A stretch of DNA of 64,000 nt from the NCBI GenBank assembly GCA_020849275.1, contig JADLGO010000052.1:52039-116038 (forward strand). Reading direction: 5' to 3'. The translations under genes were made by a program, and so were the position numbers. The DNA is from Chthonomonadales bacterium (lineage in GTDB: Bacteria > Armatimonadota > Chthonomonadetes > Chthonomonadales > CAJBBX01). Shown in pieces: positions 40,348-47,208 of this stretch; positions within the stretch are counted from its first letter, which is position 1, and each line of letters opens with the position of its first letter. Under the pieces are notes generated by a model, which was given only the letters and a program-made list of their open reading frames with translations, ran no database searches and had not been told where the DNA came from.

Positions 40348-40378
40348 GAGCCCCCGGCCACTCGGTGGCCGGGGGCTC
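40348..40378 (-). terminator. perfect 14-bp GC-rich hairpin after the wza-like gene (no U-tract)
   Basis: GAGCCCCCGGCCAC-tcg-GTGGCCGGGGGCTC, located 28 nt beyond the stop at 40406. Confidence 0.4.
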
Positions 40379-40405
40379 ACGACTGCGCCGGGCGACGTCT
40401 CCGCG

Positions 40406-41716
40406 TCAGTAGCGGCGGCCGCCCATCAGGAGGTCCAGCGTCAGCGCGATGCTCAGGAGGCTCTGCGTGAGCTGCAGCGGATCGAGCGCCGGGCGCGGAG
40501 CGTAGCCCTGCGGGATCTCGACCGTGTCGCCGGCCTCCAGCAGCATGTCGGGCTCTTTGTTCGTGCGGATCTTGCGGTAGTTGAACGCGATGATCTGCGT
40601 CTTCGTCGGGTCGGGGCCGGCCACGTGGCGGAAGACGCGGCCCTCCTGGTCTTTGGCCGAGAGCTGGATGCCGCCGGCGTCCGCGATGGCCTGTGTCAGC
40701 GTCATCGGGCCGGTGTAGGGCAGTCGGCCCGGTCGCACCACGGCGCCGTTCATCGTGACGTACTGCTCGGGACCGAGCTGTTGCACGAAGACGACGTCAT
40801 CCGGCAGCATGAGGATGTCGCTCGCCGCGTCGCCGGCCTGAGCACGGTCGTAGTCCACCACGATCGGCTTGTCAATTCCGCTTCGGCGGATGACGACCTC
40901 GCCGCGGTCCGCGGTCGGGTTGAGCCCGCCGCTCAGCGTCATCGCTTCGCGCAAGGTGAGCGGCACCCCGCTGCGGAGCGGGACGATGCCCGGCCGCTGC
41001 ACGTCGCCCATAACGCTCACGTTGCCGGTCGAGGGCACGGTCTTCAGCGGCACAAAGACGAAGTCACGGTCGCCGAGGGCCGGGTTCTGCGTCTCGTCGG
41101 GTTTGGCCCCTGGGGCGGGCTTGAGCCAGCGCAGGAAGTCATACTCGGTCATGGTCCGCTCGTTCTTCTCGCCGCGACGCACCACGCGGACCTTGCTCAG
41201 GTCGGCGTTGTCGGTGAATCCCATCACGGTGAGCAACTCGGCCAGCGTCGTGCCGTCGGCAACGGGCACGGCGCCGCTGCGCGCGACGCTGCCACTCAGA
41301 AAGACTACGGGACGCGGGACGGAGACGATGGCGACGGAGACCGTGGGGTCCTTGAGGTAAGGCTTCAGCAGAGCGGCGATCTTGTCAGCGGCCTGGCTCG
41401 GGGTGAGCTGGCGCACCTGAACAAGGCCGATCAGCTTCATCTGGATGTTCCCCGTCGGGTCAACGGGGAACACGCCGGTCAGCTCGGCCTCCTCGCCGGC
41501 GCCGGAACTGACGCGCACCGAGAGCTGGAAGCCCGGCTTGATCGGCTGGTTGGGGTCGAAGTCCGCCTCGCCTCCAACGAACAGACCCGCCAGATCCTGG
41601 GGTGTCCGCGCGGCGTCCTGGGCCGGCGAGCGCGGCGGCTCCTGGGCGCGAGCCAGAGCGGGCGCCAGGCCTAGAACGACTGCCGCGCCGGCGATGGTCA
41701 ACACCGACAGGCGCAT
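40406..41716 (-). CDS. polysaccharide export protein (Wza/EpsE-like, Poly_export + SLBB domains)
   Basis: Signal peptide MRLSVLTIAGAAVVLGLAPALARAQ, then IKPGFQLSVRV..., with repeated SLBB-like segments (G.V..PG......G.TL.EAI..AGG). Start moved from GTG 41725 to ATG 41716, 10 nt after GGAGGGAGGAG. Confidence 0.85.
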   Translation of the reverse strand: MRLSVLTIAGAAVVLGLAPALARAQEPPRSPAQDAARTPQDLAGLFVGGEADFDPNQPIKPGFQLSVRVSSGAGEEAELTGVFPVDPTGNIQMKLIGLVQVRQLTPSQAADKIAALLKPYLKDPTVSVAIVSVPRPVVFLSGSVARSGAVPVADGTTLAELLTVMGFTDNADLSKVRVVRRGEKNERTMTEYDFLRWLKPAPGAKPDETQNPALGDRDFVFVPLKTVPSTGNVSVMGDVQRPGIVPLRSGVPLTLREAMTLSGGLNPTADRGEVVIRRSGIDKPIVVDYDRAQAGDAASDILMLPDDVVFVQQLGPEQYVTMNGAVVRPGRLPYTGPMTLTQAIADAGGIQLSAKDQEGRVFRHVAGPDPTKTQIIAFNYRKIRTNKEPDMLLEAGDTVEIPQGYAPRPALDPLQLTQSLLSIALTLDLLMGGRRY

Positions 41717-41773
41717 GGAAATCACACTCCTCCCTCCGTGGTGCCAGACACAAGCGGGACGCCCGGGATCGCT

Positions 41774-41802
41774 TGACTCCGCGGGGAGCTGGCTATATAA
41801 TC
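41774..41802 (+). promoter_or_regulatory. near-consensus sigma70 promoter TTGACT-17-TATAAT
   Basis: cgcTTGACTccgcggggagctggctaTATAATcac, 34 nt upstream of the ATG at 41836. Confidence 0.6.
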
Positions 41803-41835
41803 ACGCCGACTACGAGCACCCGACAGGAGACCTCG

Positions 41836-42483
41836 ATGACCGCCAGCAACCCCTCCCCCGCGCAGATCTGGGAGCGCGCCGTCGACCTGGTCAAGGACCG
41901 TGTGAACCGCCGCTCGCTCTGGGTCGCGCTGGAGGAGGCGGTCGGTATCGCCGTCGCCGACGACACGTTCATTATCGGGCTGAACCCGCGCTTCCTTAGC
42001 GAAGCCGGCCACCTTCGCACGGCAGAGCACCAGATCGCTATCGAGCGGGCGGTCCGCGAGGTCGCGGGGCGGCCACTGAAGGTTCGACTCATCGAGGGCG
42101 ATTCCCTCGCCGACTGGCGCGCGGCTCAGGAGGCCGATCGGCGCATCGCCGCGATGCGGGAGGCCACCTACGAGCGCCGCGACCGCCAGGAGGCCGAGGC
42201 ACAGTCCTGGGACGCGCTCTACGAGTACGTCGGGCGGGCCTACTCGGCCGTGCCGCTGCGCACTCTTCCCCAGTCGCGCGCCCGCTACCTCACCAGCATG
42301 CTCTACGTGCTCGCCGACGCCCTCGACACGCTCTACGCCGAGACGCCCGACGAGGCTACGGAGCGCCAACTCGCCCGCGTTATCGAGCGCGTCGCGAGCA
42401 ACTGCGAGGCGTCGGCCACTATCGTGGCGCTTGAGTTGGAGCGCCTGCGCGCGTGGCGGGCACAGAACCCGGCCCAACCGTAG
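41836..42483 (+). CDS. hypothetical protein with DnaA-domain-I-like N-terminus
   Basis: AGGAGA RBS. The N-terminal ~80 aa (IWERAVDLVKDRVNRRSLWVALEEAVGIAVADDTFIIGLNPRFLSE...LKVRLIEG) follow the spacing pattern of the DnaA N-terminal domain (W..cl..l...l....f..Wi..l......tl.l..PN.F). The rest is helical with no recognised family. Confidence 0.55.
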   Translation: MTASNPSPAQIWERAVDLVKDRVNRRSLWVALEEAVGIAVADDTFIIGLNPRFLSEAGHLRTAEHQIAIERAVREVAGRPLKVRLIEGDSLADWRAAQEADRRIAAMREATYERRDRQEAEAQSWDALYEYVGRAYSAVPLRTLPQSRARYLTSMLYVLADALDTLYAETPDEATERQLARVIERVASNCEASATIVALELERLRAWRAQNPAQP

Positions 42484-42506
42484 GTTAGCAGAAACGCCGG
42501 TCCTTG

Positions 42507-43088
42507 TCAAACGGTTTGTCGCGCGCGAACGCGCGCTCGGGCCACCGCGCGCTTCGGCAGGGCGCGGTAGAGCCCGTAGTTTGCCCGGTAGAAGCGGGCC
42601 ATGGCAACCCACCCGATGACGGCGCTCTGCAGCAGGTGGTACCCCAACTCCGTCTGCTGGCGAAGCGGGAAGAACCATCCGACGCTCAGCAGCAGGTTGT
42701 CGATGGCGACCCATAGCACGAGCGGCTGCATGGCGGCCCAGAAGTATCCCAGGTGCACCAGGAGGCGCAGACGGTGCCGCGCGTCGTCCGCGAGCGAACC
42801 ATCGCCAAAGGCCATCGCCCGCCGGAACGCGGCCATGTCGGCGCCGGGCGCAGGGTAGCAATCGGCTCGGCGCGCCAGGTAGAAGGCGTAGGCCACCACG
42901 GCCAGCGCCCCGCCAAGTGCCTTGGCCGCCACCAGGCCAGCCCAGCCGAGCCCGAGCCAGCGCTCGAGGACATTCCACTCGGCCGCCAGGTCCGGCGAGA
43001 CGAGATAGGTCGAAGCGAGGTCGGCCGCGTTCACCAGAGCGACGAAGAGGGCGAACCACGCAAGGCGCTGCAGATCGGCTCGGTGCAT
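42507..43088 (-). CDS. hypothetical 4-5 TM membrane protein
   Basis: Start set to ATG 43088 (MHRADLQRLAWFALFVAL), 7 nt after GGGGG and downstream of the sigma54 promoter. The track start at 43136 would lie upstream of the predicted TSS. Confidence 0.6.
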   Translation of the reverse strand: MHRADLQRLAWFALFVALVNAADLASTYLVSPDLAAEWNVLERWLGLGWAGLVAAKALGGALAVVAYAFYLARRADCYPAPGADMAAFRRAMAFGDGSLADDARHRLRLLVHLGYFWAAMQPLVLWVAIDNLLLSVGWFFPLRQQTELGYHLLQSAVIGWVAMARFYRANYGLYRALPKRAVARARVRARQTV

Positions 43089-43119
43089 CGAGTACCCCCT
43101 GTACCATGCTGACAGGGGA

Positions 43120-43135
43120 TGCAAGATGCGTGCCA
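43120..43135 (-). promoter_or_regulatory. sigma54 (-24/-12) promoter, perfect consensus TGGCACGCATCTTGCA
   Basis: The minus strand reads acgTGGCACGcatcTTGCAtcc. Located between the folC stop (43265) and the membrane-protein ATG (43088). Confidence 0.65.
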
Positions 43136-43264
43136 CGTCTGGCCGGCAGGGCGGTCAGGCCGCGCCCACGGGCGTGCCCGGCGCCATGCGGCCCCGCGAC
43201 GGGCGCCGATGACCGCCGCGGGATCGACCGATCGAGGCTCGCGAGGGCGCGCGGCGCGCACGGG

Positions 43265-44593
43265 CTACCGGGGGGTAGCGGGCACGCGCCCGGCGAGGAG
43301 CAAGCGCGGGGGCACGTCGCCGACGGTGTAGAAGGAGCCGGTGACGACGACGAGGTCGTCCGGGGCCGCCCCATCGAGGGCCTCAAGGGCAGCGTCGAGA
43401 GGTGGCGTGACGATCCGCACGTCGGTGCAGTGGCGCAGCGCCGCCTCGGCGATTCGCTCCGCCGGTTGACCGCGCACCCATGTGGGTCGTGTGGCCAGGA
43501 CGCGCGTGGCCAGCGGCGCGAGCGCATCCACCACGCATTCCGGGCCGTGCCCGGCAACCATTCCTATGACGAGGTGCAGCCGCCGATGCGCTATGGCCAG
43601 GATCTCGGCGGCCAGGGCACGCGCGGCGAGCTCGTTGTGCGCGCCGTCCAGAAGCACGGTGGGCTTGCGGCGGATGATCTCGATGCGCCCGGGCAGGTAG
43701 GCGCGGGCGAGGCCGCGGCGCACCGCTTCCTCGGACACCGGGGTGCTCAGGGCGTCGAGCAGGGCCTCGCTGGCCGCGACAGCGCACGCGGCGTTCGGGA
43801 ACTGGCAGCGGCCCGCCAGCCTCGGGTGCAGCTCGCGATAGCCGCCGCGCGGGGTGTGGACGGCCAGCCCCTCGCCCGCGGCCTCCCAGTGCACCACGCC
43901 GGCGTCCCCCGCGCTGGCGGGGCCAGCCGCCACGCGTATCAGCGGCGCGCGACGCTCGGCCGCCGTCGACTCGATGACGGCCAGCGCGCTCGGCTCGTCC
44001 GCCGCCGTGATCGTCAGGACGCCCGGCTTCACGATGCCCGCCTTCTCAGCGGCGATCTTCGCGTGCGTGTCACCGAGGATGTGGATGTGATCGAGCCCGA
44101 TGTTCGTGATAACGCTGACGGAGGGCCGGACCACGTTGGTGGCGTCGAGGCGCCCGCCGATGCCAACCTCGATCGCCGCGGCGTCGACCGGACGCTCCGC
44201 GAAGTGCAGGAAGCCGACCGCCGTCTTCAGCTCGAACTCGGTCGTGCTGCCGCCGCCGGCGCTCGCCACGGCGGCGATGTGCGGGGCGATGCGCGTGACC
44301 AGGTCGGCGAAGTCCGACGGAGCGATCATCTCGCCGTCCACCTGGACGCGCTCACGGACATCGTAGACGTACGGAGAGAAGTAGCCGCCCACGCTGTGGC
44401 CGTGCTCGTGCACGATGGCGGCGATCATCGCGGTGGTCGAGCCCTTGCCCTTGGTGCCCGCCACATGGGCCACGGGGTAGCGAAGGTGTGGGCCGCCCAG
44501 GCGCTCCAGCAGTGCGGCGAAGCGCTCTATACCGAGCTTCACGCCGTGGCGGCGCAGCCCCTCCATATATGCGAGCGCTTCCTCGTATGTCAT
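43265..44593 (-). CDS. folC: bifunctional folylpolyglutamate synthase / dihydrofolate synthase
   Basis: MTYEEALAYM..., the HVAGTKGKGST P-loop and Mur-ligase family layout. Start trimmed to the ATG at 44593. Confidence 0.9.
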   Translation of the reverse strand: MTYEEALAYMEGLRRHGVKLGIERFAALLERLGGPHLRYPVAHVAGTKGKGSTTAMIAAIVHEHGHSVGGYFSPYVYDVRERVQVDGEMIAPSDFADLVTRIAPHIAAVASAGGGSTTEFELKTAVGFLHFAERPVDAAAIEVGIGGRLDATNVVRPSVSVITNIGLDHIHILGDTHAKIAAEKAGIVKPGVLTITAADEPSALAVIESTAAERRAPLIRVAAGPASAGDAGVVHWEAAGEGLAVHTPRGGYRELHPRLAGRCQFPNAACAVAASEALLDALSTPVSEEAVRRGLARAYLPGRIEIIRRKPTVLLDGAHNELAARALAAEILAIAHRRLHLVIGMVAGHGPECVVDALAPLATRVLATRPTWVRGQPAERIAEAALRHCTDVRIVTPPLDAALEALDGAAPDDLVVVTGSFYTVGDVPPRLLLAGRVPATPR

Positions 44594-44695
44594 CGCTGAG
44601 TGCTCCGGCGGTGAGGTCGACGTAGAGTACCAGAGCCCGCGCGCGCCTGTCAACGCGCCCAGGCGCGCCGCGCCGCGCGGGCGGGAGGGACGTAC

Positions 44696-45670
44696 ATGCC
44701 GGTCCGGTTCGGAATCCTGGGCGTGAGCTGGTGGACGAAGGTCGTGTGGCCGGGGTTCGCGGCGGCGGAGGAGGCCGAGGTTACCTGGGTGGCCTCGCGC
44801 ACGGAGGCGAACGCGCGGGAGTTCGCCGCCGAGCACGGAATCCCGCGCTGGACGGGCGACTACGACGCCGTGCTAGAGGCTCCAGACGTTGATGCCGTGT
44901 TCGTTGGCGTGCCGAACCACCTGCACCACGCGATCGCGATGCGCTCCCTCGATCGCGGCAAGCACGTTCTGCAGGAGAAGCCGATGGCGCTGACGGCCGA
45001 GGAGGCGGCCGCTCAGGCGCGGCGTGCGCGCGAGCTTGGCCTGGTGCTTGGGGTCGACCAGGAGACGCGGCTCGCCGAGGGCGTCCGCGACCTGCCGGGG
45101 CTGATCGCCGATCGGGTCGGTCCTCTGCGCAAGGTGCTCGTCGGGCTCACGCTCTCCGGCGGCGCGTGGGGCGGGTGGCGGGGTGACCCGGCGCTCTCGG
45201 GCGGCACCCCGCTCGAGATGGTGATCCACCAACTCGACCTGGCGCGCTGGCTCTTCGGGAGAGACCCCGTTCGCGTCTTCGCGCACGGAGGCGATGTCGC
45301 CGGCCAGGACCTGACGGTGTTGATCGACTTCGGCGAGGGCGACTCGGCCATCATCGACGTCTGCTGGCGATGCATTGGCTTCCGCCAGAGGATCGAGTGC
45401 TACGGCGAGCGCGGCTACGTGGTGCAGGACATCGGGATGCCGGACGGGTCCGGGTGGCAGACGGTTGCCACGGCCGGAGGCGCCGAGCGGCGCAAGGTCG
45501 CGTTCGCCGTGCAGGGGCCGGCCACGTTCGCGCGCCTGGTGCGCGGCTTCTGCGGCGCCGTGGCGCGGGGCGAGCCGCTGCCGGTAGCTGCCGAGGACGG
45601 CGTGTGGGCCGTGCGCATCGGCGTGGCTGCGCGCAACTCGCTGCGCCGTGGCGAGTGGGTTAGGCCGTGA
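44696..45670 (+). CDS. Gfo/Idh/MocA-family NAD(P)-dependent oxidoreductase
   Basis: VRFGILGVSWW Rossmann start and the HVLQEKPMALT (EKP) motif. Confidence 0.85.
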   Translation: MPVRFGILGVSWWTKVVWPGFAAAEEAEVTWVASRTEANAREFAAEHGIPRWTGDYDAVLEAPDVDAVFVGVPNHLHHAIAMRSLDRGKHVLQEKPMALTAEEAAAQARRARELGLVLGVDQETRLAEGVRDLPGLIADRVGPLRKVLVGLTLSGGAWGGWRGDPALSGGTPLEMVIHQLDLARWLFGRDPVRVFAHGGDVAGQDLTVLIDFGEGDSAIIDVCWRCIGFRQRIECYGERGYVVQDIGMPDGSGWQTVATAGGAERRKVAFAVQGPATFARLVRGFCGAVARGEPLPVAAEDGVWAVRIGVAARNSLRRGEWVRP

Positions 45671-46155
45671 GCGCCGGCCGCGCGCGGCGCGGGGTCGCGT
45701 GGCTCCGTGCGGGCTGGGCTGCCTGCGGCGCCGCGCTGCTCGTCGTGCTCGCGTGGAGCGCGGCGATCGGCCGATCGTCGCGCCCGACGCTGGACTGGCA
45801 GCCCGACCTCCCGGCCGCGCTGAGGCTGGCCGGCGCGGCCCGCCTGCCCGTGCTGGTCGTCTTCGGCGCGGACTGGTGCCCCGGCTGCGGCGAGCTCGAG
45901 CGCCGCGTGCTGCCAACCGCCCGGGTCCGGCGCGCCGCGCGCGGAGTGGCCTGCGCAAAGGTCGATGTCGACCGCGACGCGGAGGCCGCCCGCCGCCATC
46001 TAGTCGACCGCCTGCCAACGGTACTGGTGCTGGATGCCGGCGGTGAGGAGGTCTGGCGCCATGCCGGGGTCCCGCGCGCCGATGATCTGGCCAGCGCGCT
46101 CGAGCGGGCACGCACCGGGCACCGTGCGCCGCCCGACGCAGCGGCCGCGCGGTAA
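45667..46155 (+). CDS. membrane-anchored thioredoxin-family protein
   Basis: N-terminal TM, VFGADWCPGCGELE (WCxxC) active site. GTG start overlaps the upstream stop. Confidence 0.75.
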   Translation: MSAGRARRGVAWLRAGWAACGAALLVVLAWSAAIGRSSRPTLDWQPDLPAALRLAGAARLPVLVVFGADWCPGCGELERRVLPTARVRRAARGVACAKVDVDRDAEAARRHLVDRLPTVLVLDAGGEEVWRHAGVPRADDLASALERARTGHRAPPDAAAAR

Positions 46156-46166
46156 CGCGCGGCCGC
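46141..46166. terminator. perfect 11-bp GC hairpin with GTAA loop spanning the thioredoxin stop codon, between convergent genes
   Basis: GCGGCCGCGCG-gtaa-CGCGCGGCCGC. No U-tract. Confidence 0.3.
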
Positions 46167-46201
46167 CTGAGGTGCGTATTAGCGATGGATGGCTTGGAGG
46201 C

Positions 46202-46726
46202 TCAGTCGCGGAAGTCGGAGAAGGCAGGCAGATAGTCGCGCCACACCTCGTTCTTGCGCCCGACCAGGTACTTCGTCAGGCTGATGTACGGCACGTACCG
46301 GGGCCTCTTCGGGGGCCTGACGAGCTTCATGCTGATCTGGTGCAGGAGCTTGTCGCTTTTCCTCATGTTACACCGACGACAGGCCGTCACCAGGTTGTCC
46401 CACGCCGTGACACCGCCTAGCCGTCTGGGCACGACGTGATCGATGGTAAGGTCCTTGGCCATCTGCCCGCAATACTGGCACATGTAGCCGTCCCGCGCGA
46501 ACACCGTCCGGCGCGAGAGCCTCAGTTCGGGAAGAGGCCTTCTGACGTGGTGGCGAAGCCTAACCACCGACGGGAGCGGGAACTCGCACGCGAGCGCGGC
46601 GAGCGAGGACGCGTGCGCGTGGAGCACCTCCGCCTTTCCCATATAGACCATCACGAGCGCTCGTCGAACATGACACACGTTGAGAGGCTCAAAGTCGCTG
46701 TTGAGCACGAGCACTTCCTGGTTCAT
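46202..46726 (-). CDS. small PLMP-domain + HNH nuclease (IshB-like; commonly annotated just as HNH endonuclease)
   Basis: N-terminus VLVLNSDFEPLNVCHVRRALVMVYMGKAEVL resembles the IscB PLMP domain as I remember it (..[26 protein letters not shown]). HNH core is CQYCGQ...LTIDHVVPRRLGG...DNLVTACRRCNMRK. 174 aa, no RuvC segments. Confidence 0.85.
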   Translation of the reverse strand: MNQEVLVLNSDFEPLNVCHVRRALVMVYMGKAEVLHAHASSLAALACEFPLPSVVRLRHHVRRPLPELRLSRRTVFARDGYMCQYCGQMAKDLTIDHVVPRRLGGVTAWDNLVTACRRCNMRKSDKLLHQISMKLVRPPKRPRYVPYISLTKYLVGRKNEVWRDYLPAFSDFRD

Positions 46727-46774
46727 GTGCTTTCCCGATAGCTGAACGCACAGTCGCGCGGGTCACGGCGCCGG

Positions 46775-46816
46775 CAAAACAAAACCCGCCCCGGGCCGGC
46801 AGGCACAGAGCGGGTT
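46775..46816 (-). terminator. intrinsic-terminator-like hairpin + U-rich tail ending the upstream RNA
   Basis: The minus strand reads AACCCGC-(20 nt)-GCGGGUU UUGUUUUG. Lies 48 nt upstream of the HNH ATG. Confidence 0.45.
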
Positions 46817-47024
46817 CAGGCGCCACGCGCAGGGTGGAATAGGGCGTACTGGTGAAGGCATTGCCGAGCATCGATCGATCGCGACAGACGTTGCATGGCC
46901 TGGGGGCAGGGAGTTTGCTGCCGCCCGATCGCCGCACCCTCGCCCCCTGTGTCCGCCGGTATCCGGCGCATGAGACTGGTCACGCTAGACCCCCGTCGAT
47001 GCCTGGATCGATTGAGCGAATCCG
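46775..47024 (-). ncRNA. candidate ~250-nt structured non-coding RNA (or long cis-regulatory leader) upstream of the PLMP-HNH gene
   Basis: Bounded by a perfect sigma70 promoter and the terminator above. Contains GC-rich local hairpins: CGCCGG-aua-CCGGCG at 46954..46968 and GGGGGCGAGGG...CCCUGCCCCC at 46902..46947. The only track ORF on this strand here (46689..46937) is Arg/Gly/Pro-rich and overlaps the HNH start out of frame. The 5' end is inferred from the -10 position only. Confidence 0.5.
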
Positions 47025-47030
47025 GTAGTA

Positions 47031-47059
47031 ATTATAGCGAACAGGTGTGCTCGTGTCAA
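47031..47059 (-). promoter_or_regulatory. perfect consensus sigma70 promoter TTGACA-17-TATAAT driving the candidate RNA / HNH gene
   Basis: The minus strand reads cTTGACAcgagcacacctgttcgcTATAATtac. Confidence 0.7.
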
Positions 47060-47099
47060 GCCGCGTTACGGCCGACCTCGGCCCTTGCGGGGCTCTCGA

Positions 47100-47129
47100 T
47101 TGACAACGCCGATCCCCCCGCGATATACT
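47100..47129 (+). promoter_or_regulatory. near-consensus sigma70 promoter TTGACA-18-TATACT of the ABC-transporter operon (divergent from the RNA promoter)
   Basis: cgaTTGACAacgccgatccccccgcgaTATACTaca. Confidence 0.6.
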
Positions 47130-47139
47130 ACATGGCGTC

Positions 47140-47172
47140 AGCGGGGCCGGCCACCGGGCCGCCGCTTTTTTT
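47140..47172 (+). terminator. strong hairpin + U7 located immediately after the predicted TSS in the ABC-operon leader (attenuator or 5' stabiliser)
   Basis: AGCGGGGCCGG-cca-CCGGGCCGCCGCU followed by a run of seven T in total, ending 36 nt before the ATG at 47209. Confidence 0.5.
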
Positions 47173-47208
47173 GCGTGGCGCGTCCACTCACCCAAGGAGG
47201 TCTCCTCT

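Noticed and set aside
38724-41674. Minus-strand ORF 38724..40361 (545 aa) and plus-strand ORF 40295..41674 (459 aa)
   Set aside because: Antisense to the exosortase-EpsI gene and the Wza-like gene respectively.
41741-41746. TGGCAC on the minus strand 25 nt upstream of the wza-like start (possible fourth sigma54 promoter)
   Set aside because: No GC/TTGC element at the -12 position (AGGGA instead). A TSS there would fall downstream of the RBS.
41722-46111. ORFs 41722..43557 (-), 42917..44599 (+) and 44873..46111 (-)
   Set aside because: Each spans several real genes on the opposite strand (DnaA_N-like, membrane protein, folC, oxidoreductase, thioredoxin). All are low-complexity Arg/Pro/Gly-rich.
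46689-46937. 82-aa minus-strand ORF inside the candidate RNA region
   Set aside because: Arg/Gly/Pro/Ala-rich, crosses the terminator hairpin, and overlaps the HNH start codon out of frame. Treated as non-coding.
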